The translations under genes were made by a program, and so were the position numbers. Positions 22,423-30,930 of a DNA stretch of 64,000 bases are shown piece after piece. Origin of the DNA: Patescibacteria group bacterium (GTDB taxonomy: Bacteria > Patescibacteriota > Minisyncoccia > Phycocordibacterales > UBA2100); NCBI GenBank assembly GCA_038064835.1, contig JBBTSD010000001.1:170361-234360 (forward strand). Reading direction: 5' to 3'. The notes beneath the pieces are model-generated. The model was not told where the DNA came from. It was given only the letters and a program-made list of their open reading frames with translations, and did no database searches. Each line of letters begins with the position of its first letter. Position 1 is the stretch's first letter.

Positions 22423-22449
22423 AAAAAAGCTCTCCCCAAAAGGAGAGAG
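22423..22449 (-). terminator. rho-independent terminator (minus strand) for gene 22455..22739
   Basis: On the minus strand: CTCTCTCC ttttgg GGAGAGC followed by TTTTTTGTT. Confidence 0.65.
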
Positions 22450-22454
22450 TAGAA

Positions 22455-22739
22455 CTAGAGTGGCCAGGTGTGTCGCGTAACCCAATCAATATCGTGTTCG
22501 CAGCGGTCATGTCGCCACTCTTTTCCGAGTCTAACCAACGCCTTTCTCGTTGGATTTTTTTGCGCAAGCAATTCACCAAGAATGTCCTTTTGAAATGGTG
22601 TAAGGGATTCAAAAAGTGCGTTGACCGCAGTTTGCCACTTTTCCTCACTATGTGGTCTGGAGAATTGGGCTTCTTTAAAAGCACGCATGATGCGCTCATC
22701 GCTGTCCGATGGTGTTCCAAAAACGAAAAGACGACTCAT
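22455..22739 (-). CDS. hypothetical small protein
   Basis: The ORF extends to 22898, but that region overlaps the divergent kinase gene. ATG at 22739 gives 95 aa (MSRLFVFGTPSD...). No motif. Confidence 0.4.
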   Translation of the reverse strand: MSRLFVFGTPSDSDERIMRAFKEAQFSRPHSEEKWQTAVNALFESLTPFQKDILGELLAQKNPTRKALVRLGKEWRHDRCEHDIDWVTRHTWPL

Positions 22740-22839
22740 ATTCAGTCCTGTATTGCTACTTCCCATGTGATTGTACTTTTTAATCCAGTACCTGACCAGA
22801 TGGAGACAGGAAATAGAGACAGAGTGGTACACTGGGCGC

Positions 22840-23400
22840 ATGACCAGTGTCATTGGACTTATCGGAGAGAAGGGAGGTGGAAAGGGCACATTCGCCATTC
22901 ATCTGGCGTCGGCAATAAGTCCGCGGACGCTCAAAGTCGTGCGCTTTTCGACGCTTTTGCGAGAGACACTCGATATGTGGCACCTCTCACCAACTCGGGC
23001 GAATTTGCAAAAGATTGCAGTGGTTATGGACGATGCGTTTGGTGTGGGAACTCTTGCAAATGCAACCTATGAGCGGGTGGCACAAGTAACGGCGGATGTC
23101 GTCTTGTTGGATGGTGTGCGTTGGGATAGTGATTTGGCGCTGGTGCGGCGCTTCCCGAAAAATGCATTGGTGTATATCACTGCATCGCCAGAGGTACGGT
23201 ATGCACGCACGGTGACTCGCGGAGAAAAAGTGGGAGAATCAGAAACAAGCTTTGAGCAATTTATGCGCGAAGAACAAGCGGCTAACGAGGTGCATATCGC
23301 GCGTTTGGCCGAGTCGGCAGACCAAGTCATAAAGAACGACGGAGACATCGACTCCTTTGCTCGGGCAGTGGAAACATATGCCCGTGGACTCCCTTTGTAG
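22840..23400 (+). CDS. P-loop nucleotide/nucleoside kinase-like protein
   Basis: Walker A-like GLIGEKGGGKGT close to the N-terminus (from ATG 22840). About 186 aa. Family not resolved. Confidence 0.55.
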   Translation: MTSVIGLIGEKGGGKGTFAIHLASAISPRTLKVVRFSTLLRETLDMWHLSPTRANLQKIAVVMDDAFGVGTLANATYERVAQVTADVVLLDGVRWDSDLALVRRFPKNALVYITASPEVRYARTVTRGEKVGESETSFEQFMREEQAANEVHIARLAESADQVIKNDGDIDSFARAVETYARGLPL

Positions 23401-23445
23401 CGACATCTTTTCTTGGGGGACGCAAGGTGGTATTCTAATTCTCAC

Positions 23446-23521
23446 GCCGGCATAGCTCAGTGGTTAGAGCGAGCGCTTCATAAGCGCTAGGTCCCAAGTT
23501 CGATCCTTGGTGTCGGCACCA
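23446..23521 (+). tRNA. tRNA with CAT anticodon, elongator-type (tRNA-Met or lysidine tRNA-Ile2), CCA encoded
   Basis: Acceptor GCCGGCA/TGTCGGC; D-stem GCTC/GAGC (C11:G24); anticodon stem AGCGC/GCGCT with loop TTCATAA; T-loop TTCGATC. Confidence 0.85.
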
Positions 23522-23620
23522 GAAACAGCAAGAAATAAAAATCGAAGGATACAGAGATGTCGTGGTACCCTATGGATGTGGCCTGGCAAAACCACTAATT
23601 CCTGGTATGATTTTGCCGTT

Positions 23621-23694
23621 GCGGCTGTAGCTCAACTGGTTAGAGCACTCGCCTGTCACGCGAGAGGTTACCGGTTCAAGTCCGGCCAGCCGCG
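23621..23694 (+). tRNA. tRNA-Asp (GTC)
   Basis: Acceptor GCGGCTG/CAGCCGC; anticodon stem CTCGC/GCGAG with loop CTGTCAC; T-loop TTCAAGT. Confidence 0.85.
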
Positions 23695-23706
23695 CAAGTA
23701 ACAAAC

Positions 23707-23733
23707 CCCAAAGCTTATGCTTTGGATTTTTGT
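23707..23733 (+). terminator. rho-independent terminator after the tRNA pair
   Basis: CCAAAGC ttat GCTTTGG followed by ATTTTTGTT. Confidence 0.75.
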
Positions 23734-23777
23734 TGGATAAGTAAGGCTTGCGTACCGGTTTGTTTGGGTGCTAGCGT

Positions 23778-25286
23778 GTGGCTATGGATGAAAACACTTC
23801 CGCAACGACTGCTAGGCAATCGGGTCTCATTGTGGGGGTGGCCCTTATCCTTGGGATTCTGGCAGATCATCTCTTTTTCGAGATTGTGCCTGGCCTGAAT
23901 TTCACCGTCTTTGCCGTGGCGGTGGTAGCCTCTTTTCTGGGGTTGCAGGTGTATCTGGGGAAGATCTTTCAGAGAGATTTATTCTGGCCGGTCCCGCTAC
24001 TACTTTTTCTCGCTCTCATGGTGTCGATTCGCGCCAATATCCTTCTTACATTTTTGAACATTGTTGGCTGTGGGCTTTTACTGCTCTTGATTGCCGAGGT
24101 TTCGGTCCGAGGGTCGGTCCGAAATTTTGTTCTATTTGATTATCTTAAGCTTCTCGTTCCGGCAAATTTTGTTACCGCTTTTTTCAAAGTGATCGGGAAT
24201 GTGTGGTCAATACGCAAGGCGGAGGGGGATAGTGCCAGGATGCCACACATCATCCGTGGCATCCTTATTACAGCGCCGGTACTCATTCTTTTCACTGTTC
24301 TTTTTTCATCCGCCGATCTCGTCTTCAGCAAGTATGTTTCTCAAGTATTTTCCTTCGATTTCAATGTGGTGCCCCATGTTTTCGTAGTCTTGTTAGTAGC
24401 GGTCTATTTGGTCGCCGTCTTCGGGTATGCGTTCTTTGGAGTGTACTCACACGGCCGAGTTTCCTCACGAGCATTCTTTCGGCTGGGGTATACCGAGATT
24501 GCTATTTTGCTTGGATCAGTGAATGCGCTTTTTCTCGCGTTCATTTTGATACAAATTACTTACCTATTTGGTGGCGAAAGTAACATAACTAGCCAGGGCC
24601 TCACTTTTGCTGAGTATGCACGAAAGGGCTTCTTTGAGCTGATTGCTGTTGCAACCTTTTCGTACTTGCTACTTCTTGCCACAGAAAAATTGATTGAGCG
24701 AAATGGCACCACCCATTCACGCACATTCAAAATAGTGAGTACTGCAGTGGTAATTCAGCTGGGGGTTATCATGATTTCAGCATCCATGCGCCTGTCTTTA
24801 TATGAAAATGCATTCGGGTTTACCACCCTGCGTTTGTATAGCCATGCGTTTATTTTATTGCTGGGAGTAGTATTTGTTTTCCTTGCGCAAAAAATCCTTG
24901 TTGATGGGAAAGACGAGACGCTCGCTTTCCGCACATTTTTGGCGGTGGCCTCATTCCTGGTTCTGATGAATATGTTCAACCCCGATCTTTTTATTGCCAA
25001 AAAGAACATTGAGCGATATCACACAATCCAAAAAATAGATGCGGCATATTTGTCTGAGCTTTCTGCAGATGCAACACCTGCAACACTGCAGCTACTCGAC
25101 GCTGTGGACGAAGATGTTCGGAATCATGTGGGGCGGGTCCTTTATGCAAAGATACATGTTGGGCCATTGGGGTTGTACTCACTCAACTATGCGCGCTCCG
25201 TTGAGCAGTCTATGCTTAGCCAGAAGTCTGAACAATTAAAAGAATATGAGTTTGCAGGAAGTAATCCGACCTTTCTCGCTCCATAG
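23778..25286 (+). CDS. large polytopic membrane protein (about 12 TM), function unknown
   Basis: 502 aa, hydrophobic throughout. No catalytic motif recognised. Confidence 0.6.
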   Translation: MAMDENTSATTARQSGLIVGVALILGILADHLFFEIVPGLNFTVFAVAVVASFLGLQVYLGKIFQRDLFWPVPLLLFLALMVSIRANILLTFLNIVGCGLLLLLIAEVSVRGSVRNFVLFDYLKLLVPANFVTAFFKVIGNVWSIRKAEGDSARMPHIIRGILITAPVLILFTVLFSSADLVFSKYVSQVFSFDFNVVPHVFVVLLVAVYLVAVFGYAFFGVYSHGRVSSRAFFRLGYTEIAILLGSVNALFLAFILIQITYLFGGESNITSQGLTFAEYARKGFFELIAVATFSYLLLLATEKLIERNGTTHSRTFKIVSTAVVIQLGVIMISASMRLSLYENAFGFTTLRLYSHAFILLLGVVFVFLAQKILVDGKDETLAFRTFLAVASFLVLMNMFNPDLFIAKKNIERYHTIQKIDAAYLSELSADATPATLQLLDAVDEDVRNHVGRVLYAKIHVGPLGLYSLNYARSVEQSMLSQKSEQLKEYEFAGSNPTFLAP

Positions 25287-25295
25287 CGCAGCAAA

Positions 25296-25315
25296 AGACC
25301 GCCCGAAGGCGGTCT
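25296..25315. terminator. bidirectional hairpin between convergent genes
   Basis: AGACCGCC cgaa GGCGGTCT, a perfect 8-bp stem. Confidence 0.5.
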
Positions 25316-25319
25316 GTCG

Positions 25320-25937
25320 TTAGGCTGTGGCAAGTACGAGTGCGGGCGGCTTCTCGACAAACTGACGCCTCGCAACGATGGTGAGCATCAATACTGTCAT
25401 GAGTGTGCCAAACCACACAGGCACCGCGATTGCCTCAAAGCTGTAGTCTGGCGAGGCGAGGAATTGTGTGACGGCCGCACTCCAGAACATTCCCCACGCC
25501 CCGAGCGGCTCGGAGTAAGGTTCCTTGATTGTTTTCCAGAACATAGGAAGGGAGCCGAGAGTCACGGCGATGAGGGATGCAAGGAGCACCCACCATGGCG
25601 TGCCGCCAAAGTGTATCGACGCTCCCATGCCGACCATGATGACTGCGGCAATGAAACCATCGCTCTTTGCCCACGGCACCAGCATTCCTCGCCATGCACC
25701 GATCGCGAGAATGATCAGGATGCCGATAATCGACCCGATCATTTGGTACGAAATGATGCCGGCCCAGAACATGGCGACGAATCGAAGGGTGTCGAGGCCA
25801 CCCCAGATTGTCCAAGTGGACAGGGTCGGCTTTGCGTGCCCACGCCAGACTTCGACTGCGTAGGGGATGTTGCCGAGGACATTCAGACTGGTAGACGCCA
25901 GACCGAGATACACGGCCATTTCTGTGGATATCTGCAT
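25320..25937 (-). CDS. hypothetical membrane protein (about 6 TM)
   Basis: 205 aa, hydrophobic profile. Opposite-strand ORFs in the same region look like GC-driven artefacts. Confidence 0.5.
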   Translation of the reverse strand: MQISTEMAVYLGLASTSLNVLGNIPYAVEVWRGHAKPTLSTWTIWGGLDTLRFVAMFWAGIISYQMIGSIIGILIILAIGAWRGMLVPWAKSDGFIAAVIMVGMGASIHFGGTPWWVLLASLIAVTLGSLPMFWKTIKEPYSEPLGAWGMFWSAAVTQFLASPDYSFEAIAVPVWFGTLMTVLMLTIVARRQFVEKPPALVLATA

Positions 25938-26042
25938 GGTCTCTCCCTGTAGCTGTCGGTATTATACATCGAATAAAAGAAATAGCAAGTGTCGTGCTTG
26001 AAAATTCCACAAGGGTTATTAAGGAGCATGGTGCAATCGTTA

Positions 26043-26591
26043 TTAAAAAGTCGAAGCAGGTGTGTCTATAGCTCCAAACAACATCTCTCTTTTTATTGTG
26101 TCAGGAAATACTTCGCGCTCGTAATGCATGCCATCCGCATCGAGTGAGATGATTGGTTTTTCGAGTAGCTCAGAAGCTTGTGTGTTTGGAATATGGGGAA
26201 CCTGCGCTACGCGCAGAATCTTTTCAAGATGTCCGCTAAATTCACCCCAGCAATTGCCGTGCGCAAATCCAGACAAAAATATATCCTTCATCGCATCTTT
26301 TCCATCGCGAGTATCATTGTGCAGGACAAGGCGTACTTTGTTTCCCTTGAATGATCGGTACACGACTCCGGCGATAATCTCATTACTTTTCTTTGTTAGC
26401 TTCCAAAGACCAGGAGTTTGGATAAGGTTCTCAATTTCCGCACCGTACAAGTTTCCATCTTCGCTATTTCCGTACCCTTCATATGTTTTCACGATGAGTT
26501 GCCAAACTTGCTCGGCGTGCGCGCGGCGACTTTCGGGGGTAGCTAGTGTTACAGTAATAAAAGGTGCCGGAGCCTGATCAGGTGTTCGCAT
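26043..26591 (-). CDS. hypothetical cytoplasmic protein, no recognisable family
   Basis: 182 aa. Clean ORF with plausible spacing to its neighbours. Confidence 0.45.
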   Translation of the reverse strand: MRTPDQAPAPFITVTLATPESRRAHAEQVWQLIVKTYEGYGNSEDGNLYGAEIENLIQTPGLWKLTKKSNEIIAGVVYRSFKGNKVRLVLHNDTRDGKDAMKDIFLSGFAHGNCWGEFSGHLEKILRVAQVPHIPNTQASELLEKPIISLDADGMHYEREVFPDTIKREMLFGAIDTPASTF

Positions 26592-26697
26592 GGAGTCCAG
26601 TATATCTGGTATGCTCCTCTGCGGTATGCAGTTTTGCTAGACAAGCCAAATCCACCCAGTACTGTGGACACAGTTGTTTCGTCGAAAGTAAAAAACC

Positions 26698-27027
26698 ATG
26701 AATCATCTCACTTCAAAAAAATGTGCCCCTTGTAGGGGAGATACCCCAACACTTTCTTCCGAAGCCATATCGGCATTTTTGGAAATGGTTCCTGGATGGA
26801 CGCATGATGGGAGTGTCATAAAAAAGACTTTCTCATTCAAGAACTTCAAAGAGGCTTTGGTCTTTTTCAATGAAGTCGCCAAGCTTGCGGATCAAGAGGA
26901 CCATCACCCCGACATGGGTATCCGTGGGTGGAAGTATGTGGATATGGCTTTCTCAACCCATGCAGTCAAAGGGTTGACCGAAAACGATTTCATCATGGCC
27001 GCAAAGGTTGAGGCGCTGAGAATATAA
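26698..27027 (+). CDS. phhB: pterin-4a-carbinolamine dehydratase (PCD/DCoH)
   Basis: 109 aa. PCD signature E-D-H-H-P-D...W...H...D (QEDHHPDMGIRGWKYVDMAFSTHAVKGLTEND). Confidence 0.85.
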   Translation: MNHLTSKKCAPCRGDTPTLSSEAISAFLEMVPGWTHDGSVIKKTFSFKNFKEALVFFNEVAKLADQEDHHPDMGIRGWKYVDMAFSTHAVKGLTENDFIMAAKVEALRI

Positions 27028-27042
27028 CTATCGAGAGATAAC

Positions 27043-27071
27043 AAAAAACCGCTGATATCAGCGGCTTTTTC
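27043..27071. terminator. bidirectional rho-independent terminator between phhB and the IDO-like gene
   Basis: AAAAAACCGCTGAT / ATCAGCGGCTTTTT. Confidence 0.75.
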
Positions 27072-28231
27072 TATATCTTCACAGAAAGGGTTTCCTCGAG
27101 ATGCTTTGCCAAGGAAGGCATGAATGGTGTTCCGCCCGTTCCTACCGCGGCAGGGTTGGCACCTTGGTCGTGTATACGGGACTGCTTGTGAATGTACGAC
27201 ACCGCGTACTCGAGATGTTTCTTGCGCACCGCGTAGAGTGTTTCGGCACATCTATTGAACACGGGGGCAAGTTCGCGACGAGTTGCAACAAATGCTCTGA
27301 TCGAAGGTCGGGCTTCGACAGCTGCAATCAGTGCGCGGTGTGGCATGGGCATGTACGCTCGCATTTCAGCCAGATGCTCGCTCAGCATGCCCTGTGCATG
27401 TGTGACCCCCAGTACCGCGTCAAGGACCGGAACGATTGAGCTCTGCGCGCCGGTCTCGCCACGGAATTGTTGCGGGGCATCACCGTATTCGGTTCCTTCA
27501 TAAATAACTCCTTCGGGAATTAGCGGATGATTCTTCCATCCATGAATGAAAGGGCGAACCCGATTGTAGTAGATGTATGGGTCGCATCGTTCAGGCATAC
27601 GACAGAATGTCGCATACACCTGTTCTAGGGAACGATTCATGGTGCGCAAGCACCGTTCAAGTGCTTGGGTATTGAAGGAAAGAGCCGCTTCTTGGGCTCG
27701 CGTTGCCGCAACGAGTGCCTCACCTGCTCGTGCTTCCATGTCGATATGCACGAGCGTAAACCACTCCTCGTCTAGCCCTCCCAGAAAATGCTGAAGGAGC
27801 ACAATGTTGCCCAGGGCAATAGATCCCTTCAGATCGAGGCGACGCCAATTGTTAAGTGCATAAGACGCGTACGAAAGTATGGGAGGTCGCCCCACAGCTT
27901 TCGAAACAGCAACCAATGGAGCGGCCACACTCTTTGGTATGCGTGCGGCAGCACTGTCATCTTGCCATCTTTCCCACACCATCCCTGAAGCAAAGAATGA
28001 GAGGAGTAAGTAAGCCCGTTCGAGCTCGCATCCTTGCAGACTTCCTGTGGCAAGCTCGGGCATGGCCCGGATTTTTGCACCGAGGCTTCGTGCAGCAATT
28101 AGCCCAGGGAGTTCTTCGGCGAGTCGCTCCCACTGTTGGAATCGACGAGGAAGATGGCGTAATGGGTCTGCTTTTGGCAGAAATCCCCGCTCCGCACTTA
28201 CATCAAAGCTTGTAAGATTAAGGCCTTGCAT
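27071..28231 (-). CDS. indoleamine 2,3-dioxygenase-like haem dioxygenase
   Basis: 386 aa. IDO-family signature RGETGAQSS (compare eukaryotic GGSAAQSS). Further conservation around the proximal-His region. Confidence 0.75.
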   Translation of the reverse strand: MQGLNLTSFDVSAERGFLPKADPLRHLPRRFQQWERLAEELPGLIAARSLGAKIRAMPELATGSLQGCELERAYLLLSFFASGMVWERWQDDSAAARIPKSVAAPLVAVSKAVGRPPILSYASYALNNWRRLDLKGSIALGNIVLLQHFLGGLDEEWFTLVHIDMEARAGEALVAATRAQEAALSFNTQALERCLRTMNRSLEQVYATFCRMPERCDPYIYYNRVRPFIHGWKNHPLIPEGVIYEGTEYGDAPQQFRGETGAQSSIVPVLDAVLGVTHAQGMLSEHLAEMRAYMPMPHRALIAAVEARPSIRAFVATRRELAPVFNRCAETLYAVRKKHLEYAVSYIHKQSRIHDQGANPAAVGTGGTPFMPSLAKHLEETLSVKI

Positions 28232-28354
28232 TGGGTGTCCTTGTTAAATAGCTCACTCAGATGAGCCTATGAAAAAAGAACTCTCGAGTCAAACACACAT
28301 AAAAGCACCCGACGATCACCGGATGCTTTTGAGCGGTTTAAAATCCGTCTGGGT

Positions 28355-28879
28355 CTATTCGTCGTGCAGAAACGCTGACAGACTCAAATAATCACTCTTG
28401 CCGATATCGACACCGTTCTTACGAAGAATTGAGTATGCGGTAGTGAGGTGAAAATAGAAGTTAGGGAGAGCGTAGTAAGTAAGGTACTCAAGTCCTACGA
28501 AATGCTTACCAGGGAAGTAGGGGAGGGTTACTTTAATTTCTTCGTTCCCGATAATTTGTTCTGGCTTGATGGTGTCCAAAAACGCAATGGTCTTTTCAAT
28601 GCGTACCTTGAATTCCTCGGCAGTTTTTTCTTCGTCAGCAAACTTCGGGATGTCGATACCTGCCAAGCGGGCAGCTGTTCCTTTGGCGTTGTCGCACACC
28701 ATACGAATCTGGCGGGAAAGAGGGAATTGGTCAAAGACCAGCTTCTCGGCAAAGAGATGCGTCACTTCACCCTTTTTCATATCGGCATGAATCACGGCTT
28801 TGTCGATAAGTCCGGAGAGATTCTGTAAAGCAGTCTTCAAAGGCGGTATCGAAGCGTTGTAAAGATTTATTTTTTCCAT
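28355..28879 (-). CDS. DUF1993-family protein
   Basis: About 174 aa from ATG 28879 (MEKINLYNASIPP...). The ORF opens further upstream at 28996. Family assignment from recall. Confidence 0.5.
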   Translation of the reverse strand: MEKINLYNASIPPLKTALQNLSGLIDKAVIHADMKKGEVTHLFAEKLVFDQFPLSRQIRMVCDNAKGTAARLAGIDIPKFADEEKTAEEFKVRIEKTIAFLDTIKPEQIIGNEEIKVTLPYFPGKHFVGLEYLTYYALPNFYFHLTTAYSILRKNGVDIGKSDYLSLSAFLHDE

Positions 28880-29080
28880 AAGGTAGGTGCTAGTAATAAT
28901 GGTAAGAGTATAGCATGAGTCACCTGTGGATAACTCATTGCGGCCACTTTTAAGCGCGTACACTATCAGGAATTTGTGTATGCGATATGAATACAAGCAG
29001 TGCGCATACGCAAAGTATTATCAAGAACCGCCGTATGGCGGATTTTTTCTATCCGAGACCGTAAGTCTCGCGAATTGTGT

Positions 29081-29968
29081 ATGATCAGAAACCACATGCC
29101 GACACGCGACATTGTCGCCTTTAGTAAAACCGCGAATGCTCTTCGCGGTTTTTTTATCAAAAAAGGATTTGTCGAAGTCCACACACAGGATCGGCTGTCG
29201 ATTCTCGCGGCGTGCGAGGACCCCACCACGGTCGCTACTTTCGAGTATGAGGGGCAGGTCTGGCCTCTCCCGCAAACGGGTCAGATGTGGCTGGAATACG
29301 AGTTGCTTACCAGGCCAAAACTCCCCGGAGTGTTTTGTCTCTCGACTAGTTATCGCAACGAGCCTAATCCTGTCCCTGGGCGCCACGAGCGCATGTTCCC
29401 CATGTTTGAATTTGAGTCTGCGGGCACTATGGATGACCTGAGAAAACTTGAAGAAGATTTGTGCAGTCATCTTGGCTTGGGTAAAAAGAAAGCATTTGCG
29501 CATGCGCGTTATGCCGATATGAGCACGCGCTACGATGTTGCGGATATAAGTAGTCGCGAAGAGGCGCGCATGAAGGAAGAGTTTGGACGAGTGGTGTTTC
29601 TCGAATATTTTCCCGAGCATACTTCGCCCTTCTGGAATATGCGTCGCGGCAAAGGAGTGGCACACAAGATAGATGTAATTATCGATGGTATGGAAACAAT
29701 TGGGTCGGCGGAACGAGGCTCTGATTCAGTCGAGATGCGCGAACGATTCCATACTATCTCGGGTGGTGACTATGCAAAACTGCTGTACAAACTATTCGGA
29801 AAAAAACGAGTCGAGCGTGAGCTCGAAGACTTCTTGTCACTTAAGTTTTTCCCGCGCTTCGGTGGCGGTATCGGTATGACTCGCCTCATGAAGGCCCTTC
29901 AGGGGAGCAACAGCATGCCATCGCCAAATGAAAAAAAACGAAAGTCTTTCTCGATGGCCACCCGGTAG
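29081..29968 (+). CDS. class II aminoacyl-tRNA synthetase catalytic-core paralog (AsnA-type asparagine synthetase or EpmA-like), no anticodon-binding domain
   Basis: Class II motif 2 (SYRNEPNPVPGRHERMFPMFEFE) and motif 3 (GGGIGMTRLM). About 295 aa from ATG 29081. The N-terminus enters the catalytic fold directly. Confidence 0.65.
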   Translation: MIRNHMPTRDIVAFSKTANALRGFFIKKGFVEVHTQDRLSILAACEDPTTVATFEYEGQVWPLPQTGQMWLEYELLTRPKLPGVFCLSTSYRNEPNPVPGRHERMFPMFEFESAGTMDDLRKLEEDLCSHLGLGKKKAFAHARYADMSTRYDVADISSREEARMKEEFGRVVFLEYFPEHTSPFWNMRRGKGVAHKIDVIIDGMETIGSAERGSDSVEMRERFHTISGGDYAKLLYKLFGKKRVERELEDFLSLKFFPRFGGGIGMTRLMKALQGSNSMPSPNEKKRKSFSMATR

Positions 29969-30930
29969 AGCTCAAACAATTTCTCGCGTCCAATGAAAGC
30001 TGCTACGAGCATCAGGAGAGACGACTGTGGCACATGAAAATTGGTGATGAGTCCGTCCACGACTGTAAAGTGATACCCCTCACGAATAAAAAGTTGAGTC
30101 GTGCCTCCCCCACTCTCGACTACACCGTCCTTTGTTGCAGACTCCAGGGTGCGCAGTGCGGTGGTACCGACCGCAATGACTGGATGGTTTGCCGATTTTG
30201 CCTCGGCAATCTTGCTAGCGGCCTGGGCAGAAATCGTATAGCGCTCCTCATGAAGCTTTCCTTCGGCAATAGCTTCTTGTGTGAGCGGGGCAAATGTCCC
30301 CAGGCCTACATGGAGTGTCAGCTCGGTTGAGTCGACTCCTGCTTTTGCAAGCTTGTCGAGTAATTCAACAGTGAAGTGGAGAGAAGCTGTTGGAGCGGCG
30401 ACTGATCCAGGCTCTTTTGCAAACAGTGCCTGGTAGCGAACGCGCAGTTCGGCTTCGGTGAGTGGTGTGTATTTGAGGTATGGCGGAATGGGCGTGGCGC
30501 CGTGCACAGTGACTAGTTCGATGAAAGGTGCGGTTGCAGTTAATGCATACTCGCTTCCTGTTACCGAGGAGACAGTAATGGTTTCCCCACCTACAGTCAC
30601 TGCTTCCCCTGGATCGAGGCGTTTATTGATAAGCGCCTGACAAGTATTGTGTGTGTTGTCTATGGCTGTGCAGAGTATCTCCACAACCCCTCCGGTTTTC
30701 TTTGTTGCGTACAAGCGGGCAGGGATAACCTTGGTGTTGTTGAATACCAGTAATGAGTGCGCTGGTAGGTACATGTCGAGATGAGCGAAGGTATCAAAGA
30801 AAACTTCCTGTGTCGATTTCTTGTAAACCAACAGTTTCGCGCTGTCGCGAGGTGTTGCGGGACTGAGTGCAATCCGTTCTTTTGCGAGTGGGTAGTCGTA
30901 TGCGGCGAGTAGCCGCTCAAAATCGGTCAT
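29899..30930 (-). CDS. queA: S-adenosylmethionine:tRNA ribosyltransferase-isomerase
   Basis: About 344 aa from ATG 30930 (MTDFERLLAAYDYPL...). QueA-typical N-terminus. Start abuts the tgt stop. Confidence 0.9.
   Translation of the reverse strand: MTDFERLLAAYDYPLAKERIALSPATPRDSAKLLVYKKSTQEVFFDTFAHLDMYLPAHSLLVFNNTKVIPARLYATKKTGGVVEILCTAIDNTHNTCQALINKRLDPGEAVTVGGETITVSSVTGSEYALTATAPFIELVTVHGATPIPPYLKYTPLTEAELRVRYQALFAKEPGSVAAPTASLHFTVELLDKLAKAGVDSTELTLHVGLGTFAPLTQEAIAEGKLHEERYTISAQAASKIAEAKSANHPVIAVGTTALRTLESATKDGVVESGGGTTQLFIREGYHFTVVDGLITNFHVPQSSLLMLVAAFIGREKLFELYRVAIEKDFRFFSFGDGMLLLP

Noticed and set aside
22347-23072. 241-aa plus-strand ORF running through the structured element and the opposite-strand small gene
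   Set aside because: It overlaps two terminators, the tRNA-like element and the better-supported divergent gene pair (22455..22739 on minus, 22840..23400 on plus). The composition is a GC-driven open frame with no motif.
23507-23701. 64-aa ORF across tRNA(CAT) and tRNA-Asp
   Set aside because: Lies entirely within or between two well-folded tRNA genes, so it is an artefact.
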